Below are positions 55,484-63,456 of a stretch of 64,000 nt of DNA, in pieces. The notes below the pieces were generated by a model. It made no database searches, had not been told where the DNA came from, and was given only the letters and a program-made list of their open reading frames with translations. How positions within the stretch are numbered: position 1 is the first letter of the stretch; each line of letters begins with the position of its first letter. Source of the DNA: an uncultured Spirochaetaceae bacterium (GTDB lineage Bacteria > Myxococcota_A > UBA9160 > UBA4427); contig CAZETS010000016.1 of the NCBI GenBank assembly GCA_964515335.1, forward strand, positions 5,744 to 69,743. Reading direction: 5' to 3'. The position numbers and the translations under genes are program-made.

Positions 55484-56512
55484 CTACGGCGGCGGCGCGC
55501 TCGCGAAGGAGTCGATGCGGCTCAAGCGGTTCGCGATGCCTTCGAGCGCATCGAGCACCACTGCGCCGAACTCGTCGAGCCGGGTCGCCGTCGCGGCCGC
55601 GAACGCCTCGCCGCCGCGTCCCGCCTCGGGCGCCCCGCCCTCGCCCACCAGCGCGACGACGGCGCGGAAGTCGTGCGCGAGTAGCAGGCGATGCGCCGCG
55701 GCCGGCGAACCGAACGGCGAGTCGGGAACGAACACCGCCTCGAGGCCGAGGGCGCGAGCGCTGCTCCAGAACGACTCGCGATGCACGCGATGCGATCGCA
55801 GATCGCGCACCACCCGAAGATCGGGAAGCGCGAGCGACTCGAAGAACACCGCCAGCCGCACGCGATCGAGCCACAAGGCCTCGACGGTCGGGGGCGGGCC
55901 GGAAGGGCTCGAGTCGTCGCCGGCGGGCGCCTCCTCGACCCGGGGAACGAACGCGAGCCACACCGTGTAGGGACGGGGCCGGGCCGCCAGCGCTCGCCCC
56001 AGTTCGAGCAGCACCGCGCCCCCCGATGCGGCAGTGATCGCGGCCGGGTCGTCGGCCGCCGTGTGCCGCGGACCCGGTCCGTAGCTCGCCCCGAGCAGGA
56101 TCACGTCGGTCGAGCGGCCGGGCAGCACACCAACGAGCACGCCCGACGCGGCTTCGTCGCCTGCCTCGCCGGAGACCTCGTCCGCTGCCTGTCGATCTAC
56201 GGCGCCGGAAGTGTCAGCGGCGCGGGCGCGGCGACCGGTGTCCGCGCCCATCCGGTGAAGCTCGTCGGCGAGCCACGCGCGAAGGCGTCGGGCATCGTCG
56301 TCCGCGCCGTGCTCGAGGCGCGCGAGTCGGCGCGCGTCCTCGAGGGCGGTCGAACCGCTGAAGCCACGCGTCGAAACGTCGGGGGCGATGTCGATGCCGG
56401 GCAACCAGGCGGGCTCGACGGCGTCCGGCCCCCCTCGACAGGCCAATGCCATCAGAGCACACGCCAGAACACGAGCCACCAGCAACACCGCCGGACGGCC
56501 GCTATGCGTCAT
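55484..56512 (-). CDS. Lipoprotein, distantly M28-peptidase-like (possibly non-catalytic)
   Basis: Lipobox LMALAC. VLVGVLPGRSTDVILLGASYGPG...AADD...ASGGAVLLELGRAL...WLAFVPRVEE resembles M28 blocks, but Ser sits where the first metal-ligand His is expected. Confidence 0.5.
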   Translation of the reverse strand: MTHSGRPAVLLVARVLACALMALACRGGPDAVEPAWLPGIDIAPDVSTRGFSGSTALEDARRLARLEHGADDDARRLRAWLADELHRMGADTGRRARAADTSGAVDRQAADEVSGEAGDEAASGVLVGVLPGRSTDVILLGASYGPGPRHTAADDPAAITAASGGAVLLELGRALAARPRPYTVWLAFVPRVEEAPAGDDSSPSGPPPTVEALWLDRVRLAVFFESLALPDLRVVRDLRSHRVHRESFWSSARALGLEAVFVPDSPFGSPAAAHRLLLAHDFRAVVALVGEGGAPEAGRGGEAFAAATATRLDEFGAVVLDALEGIANRLSRIDSFASAPPP

Positions 56513-56718
56513 CCGGCGCCAAACGGACCCACCCATCTCGCTCGCCCACCCCGGCGGTGAAGGCTAACGCCCCCGAACAGCCAACGCCCACGTGCGCAAA
56601 TATCGGCGATAGGCCTTTGATTTCGCACCAATTCAATTTTTATTTGCGATTCTTCGCCACATCGAACGGAAACAATCCACTTTATGTTCGATAGGCCCGC
56701 TCCTCGCGGGGCTTTTCA

Positions 56719-56767
56719 GAAGTTGGAGGGCAGGGTTCCGCCCTGAGAACCCTGTCCTCCCAACTTC
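56719..56767. repeat. Near-perfect 20-bp inverted repeat (hairpin) upstream of comM
   Basis: GAAGTTGGAGGGCAGGGTTC (56719-56738), then an 8-nt loop, then GAACCCTGTCCTCCCAACTTC (56747-56767). It has one bulge and one G.T pair. Confidence 0.8.
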
Positions 56768-56847
56768 CGGAACCGCCTCCCCGAGCGACCGCCTCCCACC
56801 CCCTCGATCCCACGCCCGACATCTGCGGTCCCGCGGAGCCAGGACCC

Positions 56848-58359
56848 GTGTCACGCGTGATGAGCGCCGCGCTGCTCGGCGTAGACGGACACCCCGTCGA
56901 AGTCGAAGTTCGCATCAGCTCGCAGCTGCCGCGCATCGACATCGTCGGACTCGCCGAGGCGTCGGTTCGCGAGAGCGCGGCGCGCGTGCGGGCGGCCATC
57001 TCGGCCTCGAACGAGCGGTTCCCCCAGAGCCGCGTCACCGTCAATCTCGCGCCCGCGTCGCTGCGCAAGTCGGGCGCGGCGCTCGATCTCGCGATCGCGG
57101 CGGGGGTGTTGCTCGCGAGCGACGCGATCGCGCCCGAGGCGGCCGACGGCACCGCGTTCGTCGGCGAACTCGCCCTCGACGGCCGCCTGCGTCCGGTCCG
57201 CGGCATGCTCGCGATGGCGCTCGCCGCCCGCCACGCAGGCTGCAAGCGCCTCGTGGCGCCGGCGGCGTGCGCCGAACAGGCGGCCCTCGCCCCCGACATC
57301 GAGGTGCTCGCCGCGGAGAGCCTCTGCGCGGTGATCGAGCATCTGCGCGGCGGCGAGCCACTGCAGCGGGCCGTGCCCCTGCCACGCGCGGCCATCGCTT
57401 TGGAGGGCGCGTGCCTGAGCGAGGTGCGGGGCCAGGCGATCGCCAAACGCGGCCTGCTCATCGCGGCCGCCGGCGGCCACGGACTGCTGCTGATCGGGCC
57501 TCCCGGGGCCGGCAAGACGATGCTGGCCCGGCGCCTGCCCGGCCTGCTGCCGCCCCTCGACGAGGCCGAAATGCTCGAGGCCACCCGGGTCCACGGTGCG
57601 GCGGGCCTGCTGCCCGAGCAGGGCGGCGCCGTGCGGACGCGTCCCTTCCGCGCCCCGCACCACAGCGCGAGCGCAGCGGGCGTGTTCGGCGGCGGACAGC
57701 CGCTGCGACCCGGCGAGGTGTCGCTCGCACATACCGGCGTGCTCTTCCTCGACGAGCTGCCCGAGTTCGAACGGCGCGTCCGCGAGTCGCTGCGTCAGGT
57801 GGTCGAGGAACGCGACATCGTGCTGTCGAGAGCCGGCCACGCCTGTCGCTTTCCGGCAGACTTCATGCTGGTCTGTGCCGCCAACCCGTGTCCGTGCGGC
57901 TGGTACGGCAGCGATCGGCAGGACTGCCGCTGCGACGAGCAGACCGTCGAGCGCTATCGGCGACGCATCTCGGGGCCGCTGCTCGATCGCATCGATCTCC
58001 ACGTGAGCGTGCCCGCGCAGCCCTGGGCCGAGATCGCGGGCGAGGTCGACGGCGAGACGAGCGCCGCCCTGGCCGAGCGCGTGCGCGACGTGCGCGACCG
58101 GCAGCGCGCGCGCGGCGCTCCGTGCAGCGCACGCATCGCCGACCGACACCTCGACGACCACGTGCGCGCCGACACCGGGGCCCGGGCGCTGCTCGGGCAC
58201 GCGGTGGACCGGCTGGCGCTCTCGGCGCGTGCGGCCCGGCGCGTGCTGCGGGTGGCGCGCACCATCGAGGATCTCGAGGGCGGCGAGCGGGTCGGCGCCG
58301 ACGCGATCGCCGAGGCGCTCGCCTACCGCTCCGAGCGTCCGCGGGGGCCGGCCTGGTGA
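56848..58359 (+). CDS. comM: YifB/ComM-family Mg-chelatase-like AAA+ protein
   Basis: MSRVMSAALLGVDGHPVEVEV, Lon-like N-terminal domain, Walker A LIGPPGAGKTM, FLDELPEF and a Cys-rich insert. GTG start. Confidence 0.92.
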   Translation: MSRVMSAALLGVDGHPVEVEVRISSQLPRIDIVGLAEASVRESAARVRAAISASNERFPQSRVTVNLAPASLRKSGAALDLAIAAGVLLASDAIAPEAADGTAFVGELALDGRLRPVRGMLAMALAARHAGCKRLVAPAACAEQAALAPDIEVLAAESLCAVIEHLRGGEPLQRAVPLPRAAIALEGACLSEVRGQAIAKRGLLIAAAGGHGLLLIGPPGAGKTMLARRLPGLLPPLDEAEMLEATRVHGAAGLLPEQGGAVRTRPFRAPHHSASAAGVFGGGQPLRPGEVSLAHTGVLFLDELPEFERRVRESLRQVVEERDIVLSRAGHACRFPADFMLVCAANPCPCGWYGSDRQDCRCDEQTVERYRRRISGPLLDRIDLHVSVPAQPWAEIAGEVDGETSAALAERVRDVRDRQRARGAPCSARIADRHLDDHVRADTGARALLGHAVDRLALSARAARRVLRVARTIEDLEGGERVGADAIAEALAYRSERPRGPAW

Positions 58360-58511
58360 GCCCGGGCCGGGGTGACCGTACGTATTTCGACACCCCGCGA
58401 CCGAGAATCGTCACCCCGTACGTGCCCGCGGGTTCGCGCCGCTTGCGGCGGCGCGCAGCAAACCTCCGGAATCACGAGTGTTTCCAGATCCGAGGCCGGC
58501 CCTGCAAAGAC

Positions 58512-58527
58512 TGGCACGCCTGATGCA
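58512..58527 (+). promoter_or_regulatory. Sigma-54 (-24/-12) promoter
   Basis: TGGCACGCCTGATGCA against the consensus TGGCACG-N4-TTGCW. GG and GC are correctly spaced, with one mismatch at the first T of TTGC. It lies 88 nt upstream of ATG 58615. Confidence 0.6.
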
Positions 58528-58614
58528 ACTGCAATGGCTACGCGCGCAGAGCGCGCGTGCCCGGCTGACCGACCCAGGGCTGCCGGCAGGCGCACGAGCA
58601 GGGGAAGACGAGCC

Positions 58615-58920
58615 ATGAGCGCACCGGCGACCACCGTACCGATCCAGCACAACCAGGTAGTCCACCAGGTCCGCACGAGGCGGACCGACGACGCCCGAGC
58701 GGCGTCACCGGCGCCCGCCGCGAGGGTGCCCGAAGAGCCCATCCGCGGGCACAGCGTGAGCGGGCAGTACACGCTGCTCGAGCTCGTCGAGGCCATCAGC
58801 GACGTCACCGACGACGAGCGCGAGGTCGTCGTCACGGTCGTGCACCTGCTCGCCACCGGTCGGGTCAAGCTCTGCGGCAACTTCCGCGACGAGCCGATCG
58901 AGCGCTTCCTCGCCGGCTAG
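58615..58920 (+). CDS. Small hypothetical protein (101 aa) directly upstream of top6B
   Basis: MSAPATTVPIQHNQVVHQVRTRR...GQYTLLELVEAISDVTDDEREVVVTVVHLLATGRVKLCGNFRDEPIERFLAG. GGGGAAG precedes the ATG. GC3 is high in the C-terminal half. No family recognised. Confidence 0.55.
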   Translation: MSAPATTVPIQHNQVVHQVRTRRTDDARAASPAPAARVPEEPIRGHSVSGQYTLLELVEAISDVTDDEREVVVTVVHLLATGRVKLCGNFRDEPIERFLAG

Positions 58921-59000
58921 GAGCCGGGCCCGATCCACACGGCCGCGTCCCGCCCGAACGTGATCTATGATCGCGTCGGAATCGCTGGGGGGCGAGGACG

Positions 59001-60839
59001 GTGGCCACCGCGAAACGGGGCAGCGCAAAGTCGCGCGGACGCGCCAGCAAGGCGTCGGGCAAGCGCGCGGCGAAGAAGCGCGCACGGGGCCGGGCCAAGG
59101 CAAAGGCAAAGGCGAAGGCGAAGACGAAGGCCGGGGCGAAGGCCGGGGCCAAAGCCACCACCAGGGCCAGCGCCAAGGCGGCGGGCCGGCGCGGCGCCGG
59201 GGCGACCGCCCGCAAGCGCTCCGCCGCGAAGGCCAGCGCGGCCCGCAAGCGCGCCGCCACCCCGAAGCAGCCCGTCGCGGGCGACGCCGCCGAGGAGATG
59301 GCGGCCAGGCAGCGGGACATCTCGGTCTCCGAGTTCTTCGCCAAGAACCGCCACCTGCTCGGCTTCGACAACCCCTCGAAGGCGCTGCTCACCACCGTCA
59401 AGGAAGGCGTCGACAACGCCCTCGACGCCTGCGAGGAGGCGGGCGTCCTCCCCGACATCCGCGTCGAGATCACCGCGGTGAGCGACGCCCGCTACCGCAT
59501 CGCCATCGAGGACAACGGCCCGGGCATCCTGCGCGCCCAGGTGCCGAAGATCTTCGGGCGGCTGCTCTACGGCTCGAAGTTCCACCGGCTGCGCCAGAGC
59601 CGGGGCCAGCAGGGCATCGGCATCAGCGCGGCGGGCATGTACGGCCTGCTCACCACCGGCAAGCCGGTCGTCATCCTCACCCGCACCGGCAAGCGCCGCG
59701 ACGCCCACCACTTCGAGCTCGTGATCGACACGCAGAAGAACCGCCCGCACGTCCGCAAGGACGACGTCGTCAAGTGGAAGAAGGACCACGGCACGCGCGT
59801 CGAGATCGAGCTCGAGGGCAACTACCGCGGCGGTCAGCACTCGGTCGACAACTACATCCGGCAGATCTCGCTCGCCAACCCGCACGCCCGCATCACCTAC
59901 GTGCCGCCGGTCGCCGAGGAGCACGGCGAGGAACACGACTTTCCGCGCGTCACGAAGACGCTTCCGCCGCAGACCGACGAGATCAAGCCGCACCCCTACG
60001 GGGTCGAGCTCGGCGTGCTGATGCAGATGTTCCGCGACACCGGCTCGCGCCAGCTCGCCGCCTGCCTGAAGACCGACTTCTCCCGCGTGTCGCCGCGGGT
60101 CGCCGCCGAGATCTGCGAGAAGGCGGGCGTCTCGCCCAAGCGTCGGCCCGGCGAGATCAAGCGCGAAGAGGCTGACGCCATCTACAAAGCGATCCAGAAG
60201 ACGAAGATCATGAGCCCGCCGACGGACTGCATCGCGCCGATCGGCGAGGAGCTGATCGTCAAGGCCATGAAGGCCGAGGTCGACGCCGATTTCTACACGG
60301 CCGTGACGCGGCGGCCGACGGTCTACCGCGGCAACCCGTTCCTGGCGGAGGTGGGCATCGCCTACGGGGGCAGCATGGGGGCCGAAGACAGCGCCACCGT
60401 CTACCGCTACGCGAACCGCGTGCCGCTGCAGTACCAGCAGGGCGCCTGCGCGATCACCCGCGCGGTCTCCACCACCAACTGGAAGTCCTACGGGCTGCAG
60501 CATCCGCGCGGCGCGCTGCCGATCGGGCCGATGCTGGTGATGGTCCACATCGCGAGCGTCTGGGTGCCGTTCACCTCCGAGAGCAAGGACGCCGTCGCCC
60601 ACTACCCCGAGATCATCAAGGAGTTCCGCTTCGCCCTGCAGGAGTGCGGCCGGCGCATGGGCAACTTCGTGAGGCGGCGGCAACGCGAGGCCGACGCCGC
60701 CAAGAAGGCGGCCTACATCGAGCAGTACATCCCTCAGGTCGCGATCGGCATCCAGCACATCCTCGACCTCGGCGAGCGCGACACATCGCGACTCGTGAAC
60801 GGACTCACCGACGTGCTCGAGCGCACCCGCAAGCTCTGA
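59001..60839 (+). CDS. top6B: DNA topoisomerase VI subunit B (GHKL ATPase) with an Ala/Lys/Arg-rich N-terminal extension of about 95 aa
   Basis: Bergerat-fold motifs [17 protein letters not shown] and [11 protein letters not shown], plus [18 protein letters not shown]. The N-terminus contains [21 protein letters not shown]. The GTG start follows GAGGA. Confidence 0.9.
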   Translation: MATAKRGSAKSRGRASKASGKRAAKKRARGRAKAKAKAKAKTKAGAKAGAKATTRASAKAAGRRGAGATARKRSAAKASAARKRAATPKQPVAGDAAEEMAARQRDISVSEFFAKNRHLLGFDNPSKALLTTVKEGVDNALDACEEAGVLPDIRVEITAVSDARYRIAIEDNGPGILRAQVPKIFGRLLYGSKFHRLRQSRGQQGIGISAAGMYGLLTTGKPVVILTRTGKRRDAHHFELVIDTQKNRPHVRKDDVVKWKKDHGTRVEIELEGNYRGGQHSVDNYIRQISLANPHARITYVPPVAEEHGEEHDFPRVTKTLPPQTDEIKPHPYGVELGVLMQMFRDTGSRQLAACLKTDFSRVSPRVAAEICEKAGVSPKRRPGEIKREEADAIYKAIQKTKIMSPPTDCIAPIGEELIVKAMKAEVDADFYTAVTRRPTVYRGNPFLAEVGIAYGGSMGAEDSATVYRYANRVPLQYQQGACAITRAVSTTNWKSYGLQHPRGALPIGPMLVMVHIASVWVPFTSESKDAVAHYPEIIKEFRFALQECGRRMGNFVRRRQREADAAKKAAYIEQYIPQVAIGIQHILDLGERDTSRLVNGLTDVLERTRKL

Positions 60840-60880
60840 AGCGCGGGGCGGACGACCGGATCGCGCAGAGAGGCAACGCC

Positions 60881-62167
60881 GTGGCGGCACGCAAGAAGGC
60901 AGCAGCAAAGAAGAAGCGGCGGGCCGCCGCGCCCGCGAAGCGCAAGGCCGCGGCGCGCAAGGGCGGCGCCCGCAAGAAGGCAGCGCGCGGCGCGAAGAAG
61001 CGCGCAACGAAGAAGCGCGCCGCCAAGAAGAAGGCGGCCGCTCCGAAGCGCGGCGGGCGCAAGCCGAAGGGCAAGGACTCGACGACCGTGCGCCTGATCG
61101 TCGACACCGCGAAGGAGGTGCGCGGCGAGATCCTCAAGAAGCGCAAGCCCGACCTGACGTTTCCCGTGCGCTCCCTCGGCAACGTCTCCTACTCGACGAA
61201 AAAGGGCTACTTCGAGATCGGCCGACAGCGCAAGACGCGAACCCTCACGGTCAACACCGTGCGCAGCTTCGCGCAGACGCTGCGGCTGATGGGCCTCTCG
61301 AAGGATCTGATCGAGGCCAGCGACTTCGCGACGAAGCGGGACGCCTACTACCAGAGCAAGAACTGGGAGGCCGCCAAGTTCGACGACCAGAGCGAGTCGG
61401 ACACCGTGATGGACGACATCGAGGCGCTGTTCAGCGTGCGGGGCGTCTCCCGCGAGCAGCTGCGCTTCGTGCCCGACGAGCACGGCGGTGCGGTGGCCGG
61501 CCGGCTGACCGTGCTCGACCCCGACCTCGACACCGGCCGCGTCGAGCGCATCGACTGCACGCGCTTCGGCTCGGGCGCCTACTCGATCCCCTCCAGCGTC
61601 GAGCAGCTCTCGTTCGAGACGAAGGCGAAGTTCATTCTGGCCGTCGAGACCGGCGGCGTATTCCAGCGGCTGCAGAGCCACAAGTTCTGGCAAACGGCGA
61701 ACTGCATCCTGGTCTCGCTGGCCGGCGTGCCGACGCGTTCGACGCGGCGCTTCATCCGCAAGCTGTCCGACGACTGCAAGCTGCCGGTCTACGCCTTCGT
61801 CGACTGCGACCCCTACGGCTTCTCGAACATCTACCGCACCCTCAAGGTCGGCTCGGGCAACGCGGCCCACATCTCGCAGTTCTTCTCGGTCCCCCAGGCC
61901 CGCTACCTCGGGGTGACACCGCAGGACATCATCGACTACGAGCTGCCCACGCATCCGCTGCAGGAAGTCGACATCAAGCGCGCCCGCGACGCCCTCAAGA
62001 ACGACCCGTTCTTCAAGACCCACAAGCCGTGGCAGAAGGCCATCGAGCAACTGATCGAGATGGGGGTGCGCGCCGAGCAGCAGGCACTGGCAATGTGGGG
62101 ACTGAATTACGTCATCGACGAGTACCTGCCCGCCAAGCTCCGCCGCACCGCCGATTTCCTGCCCTGA
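60881..62167 (+). CDS. top6A: DNA topoisomerase VI subunit A (Spo11 homologue) with a Lys/Arg/Ala-rich N-terminal extension of about 55 aa
   Basis: Catalytic-Tyr region ATKRDAYYQS, Toprim Glu in ILAVETGGVF and the DxD motif FVDCDPYG. The N-terminus reads AARKKAAAKKKRRAAAPAKRKAAARK... GTG 60881 follows AGAGAGG. The track ORF start at 60644 lies inside top6B. Confidence 0.9.
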   Translation: MAARKKAAAKKKRRAAAPAKRKAAARKGGARKKAARGAKKRATKKRAAKKKAAAPKRGGRKPKGKDSTTVRLIVDTAKEVRGEILKKRKPDLTFPVRSLGNVSYSTKKGYFEIGRQRKTRTLTVNTVRSFAQTLRLMGLSKDLIEASDFATKRDAYYQSKNWEAAKFDDQSESDTVMDDIEALFSVRGVSREQLRFVPDEHGGAVAGRLTVLDPDLDTGRVERIDCTRFGSGAYSIPSSVEQLSFETKAKFILAVETGGVFQRLQSHKFWQTANCILVSLAGVPTRSTRRFIRKLSDDCKLPVYAFVDCDPYGFSNIYRTLKVGSGNAAHISQFFSVPQARYLGVTPQDIIDYELPTHPLQEVDIKRARDALKNDPFFKTHKPWQKAIEQLIEMGVRAEQQALAMWGLNYVIDEYLPAKLRRTADFLP

Positions 62168-62211
62168 GCCGTGCGATCTGACGTAGGATGAGCGCCGCGG
62201 GACGAGTGCGA

Positions 62212-62262
62212 AGCTGGGGCGAGAGCAAAGCTGGGACGAGAGCAAAGCCGGGGCGAGGAGCG
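62212..62262. repeat. Three copies of a 17-nt tandem repeat immediately upstream of rfbA
   Basis: AGCTGGGGCGAGAGCAA (62212-62228), AGCTGGGACGAGAGCAA (62229-62245), AGCCGGGGCGAGGAGCG (62246-62262). The last copy contains the GAGGAG SD of rfbA. Confidence 0.85.
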
Positions 62263-62269
62263 GGAAGCA

Positions 62270-63148
62270 ATGAAGGGGATCATCCTGGCGGGCGGCTCGG
62301 GGACCCGCCTGTACCCCATCACGCTCGGCGTCAGCAAGCAGCTGCTGCCCGTGTACGACAAGCCGATGATCTACTACCCGCTGTCGATGCTGATGCTGGC
62401 GGGCATTCGCGACATCCTCGTCATCTCGACGCCCCACGATCGCCCGGCCTTCGAGCGGGTGCTGGGCGACGGCTCGCGGATCGGGCTGCGCATCGAGTAC
62501 GCCGAGCAACCCGCGCCGGAGGGCATCGCGCAGGCGTTCCTGATTGGCGAGTCGTTCCTGGACGGGCAGCCGGTCGCGCTCGCGCTCGGCGACAACATCT
62601 TCTATGGCACGGGCCTGCGCGCGAGCCTCCAGCGCGCCGCGGAACGCAGCGAAGGCGCCACGATCTTCGGCTACCGGGTGCGCGATCCCGAGCGCTACGG
62701 CGTCGTCGAGTTCGACGAGAGCGGACGCGCCGTGAGCATCGAGGAGAAGCCCGCGCACCCGAAGTCCCACCACGCGGTGACCGGCCTCTACTTCTACGAC
62801 GCCGACGTCGTCGAGATCGCGAAGTCGCTGTCGCCGTCGGCTCGCGGCGAGCTCGAGATCACCGACGTGAACGTCGCCTACCTCGAACGGGGAGCCCTGC
62901 ACGTCGAGCTGCTCGGACGCGGCGTGGCCTGGCTCGACACGGGCACCCACGAATCGCTCCAGCAGGCGTCGAGCTTCATCCAGGCCATCCAGGAGCGACA
63001 GGGTCTCGAGATCTCGTGCATCGAGGAGATCGCCTTCCGGCAGGGCTGGATCGGCGCAGCCGAGCTGGCCGAGATCGGCCGCCGCATGAGCAACAACCGC
63101 TACGGCGCGTATCTCCTCGAGCTGGCCGAGAACGCGGAGTCGCGGTGA
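62270..63148 (+). CDS. rfbA: Glucose-1-phosphate thymidylyltransferase
   Basis: [43 protein letters not shown] and EKP..PKS. Confidence 0.95.
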   Translation: MKGIILAGGSGTRLYPITLGVSKQLLPVYDKPMIYYPLSMLMLAGIRDILVISTPHDRPAFERVLGDGSRIGLRIEYAEQPAPEGIAQAFLIGESFLDGQPVALALGDNIFYGTGLRASLQRAAERSEGATIFGYRVRDPERYGVVEFDESGRAVSIEEKPAHPKSHHAVTGLYFYDADVVEIAKSLSPSARGELEITDVNVAYLERGALHVELLGRGVAWLDTGTHESLQQASSFIQAIQERQGLEISCIEEIAFRQGWIGAAELAEIGRRMSNNRYGAYLLELAENAESR

Positions 63149-63231
63149 TGAAGTTCGTCCCCACCGAGATCGTAGGCGTGGTGATCGTCGAGCCCGACCC
63201 GATGGACCGGCTGCCCCGCTACGCGGGCTGA
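63148..63231 (+). pseudogene. rfbC: Truncated remnant of dTDP-4-dehydrorhamnose 3,5-epimerase (rmlC), 27 codons
   Basis: The ATG overlaps the rfbA stop (TGATG). [18 protein letters not shown] matches the RmlC N-terminus, then the frame ends after 27 codons. The remaining roughly 160 codons are absent. Confidence 0.7.
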
Positions 63232-63250
63232 TCCGTCCCGGCCGGGTCGC

Positions 63251-63409
63251 TCAGACGTCCTCTTCGGCGTCGAGGTGGTCGTCGCCGTAGTTGGCCGTGA
63301 GCACGAGCGGCGCCCCGCAGACCGAGCAGAAGATCTCTTCGCCCTTGCGCTCGTCGCCACCGAGCGGCACGTCGGCGCTGCAGATCGGGCAGCTGACCTC
63401 GTTCTTCAT
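63251..63409 (-). CDS. 52-aa zinc-ribbon protein with an acidic tail (LysW-like architecture)
   Basis: MKNEVSCPICSADVPLGGDERKGEEIFCSVCGAPLVLTANYGDDHLDAEEDV. Has CPxC...CxxC and GGGAAGG before the ATG. It lies 47 nt downstream of the alkaline-phosphatase-family gene. Confidence 0.6.
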   Translation of the reverse strand: MKNEVSCPICSADVPLGGDERKGEEIFCSVCGAPLVLTANYGDDHLDAEEDV

Positions 63410-63456
63410 GCCTTCCCGATCGGTCTCTCGCGGAAGGCCCTTGAGGGGCGACGGCG

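Noticed and set aside
63251-63409. Calling the small zinc ribbon lysW/argW.
   Set aside because: It has no C-terminal Glu and no LysX/LysZ/LysY/ArgX neighbours. Only an architectural resemblance is claimed.
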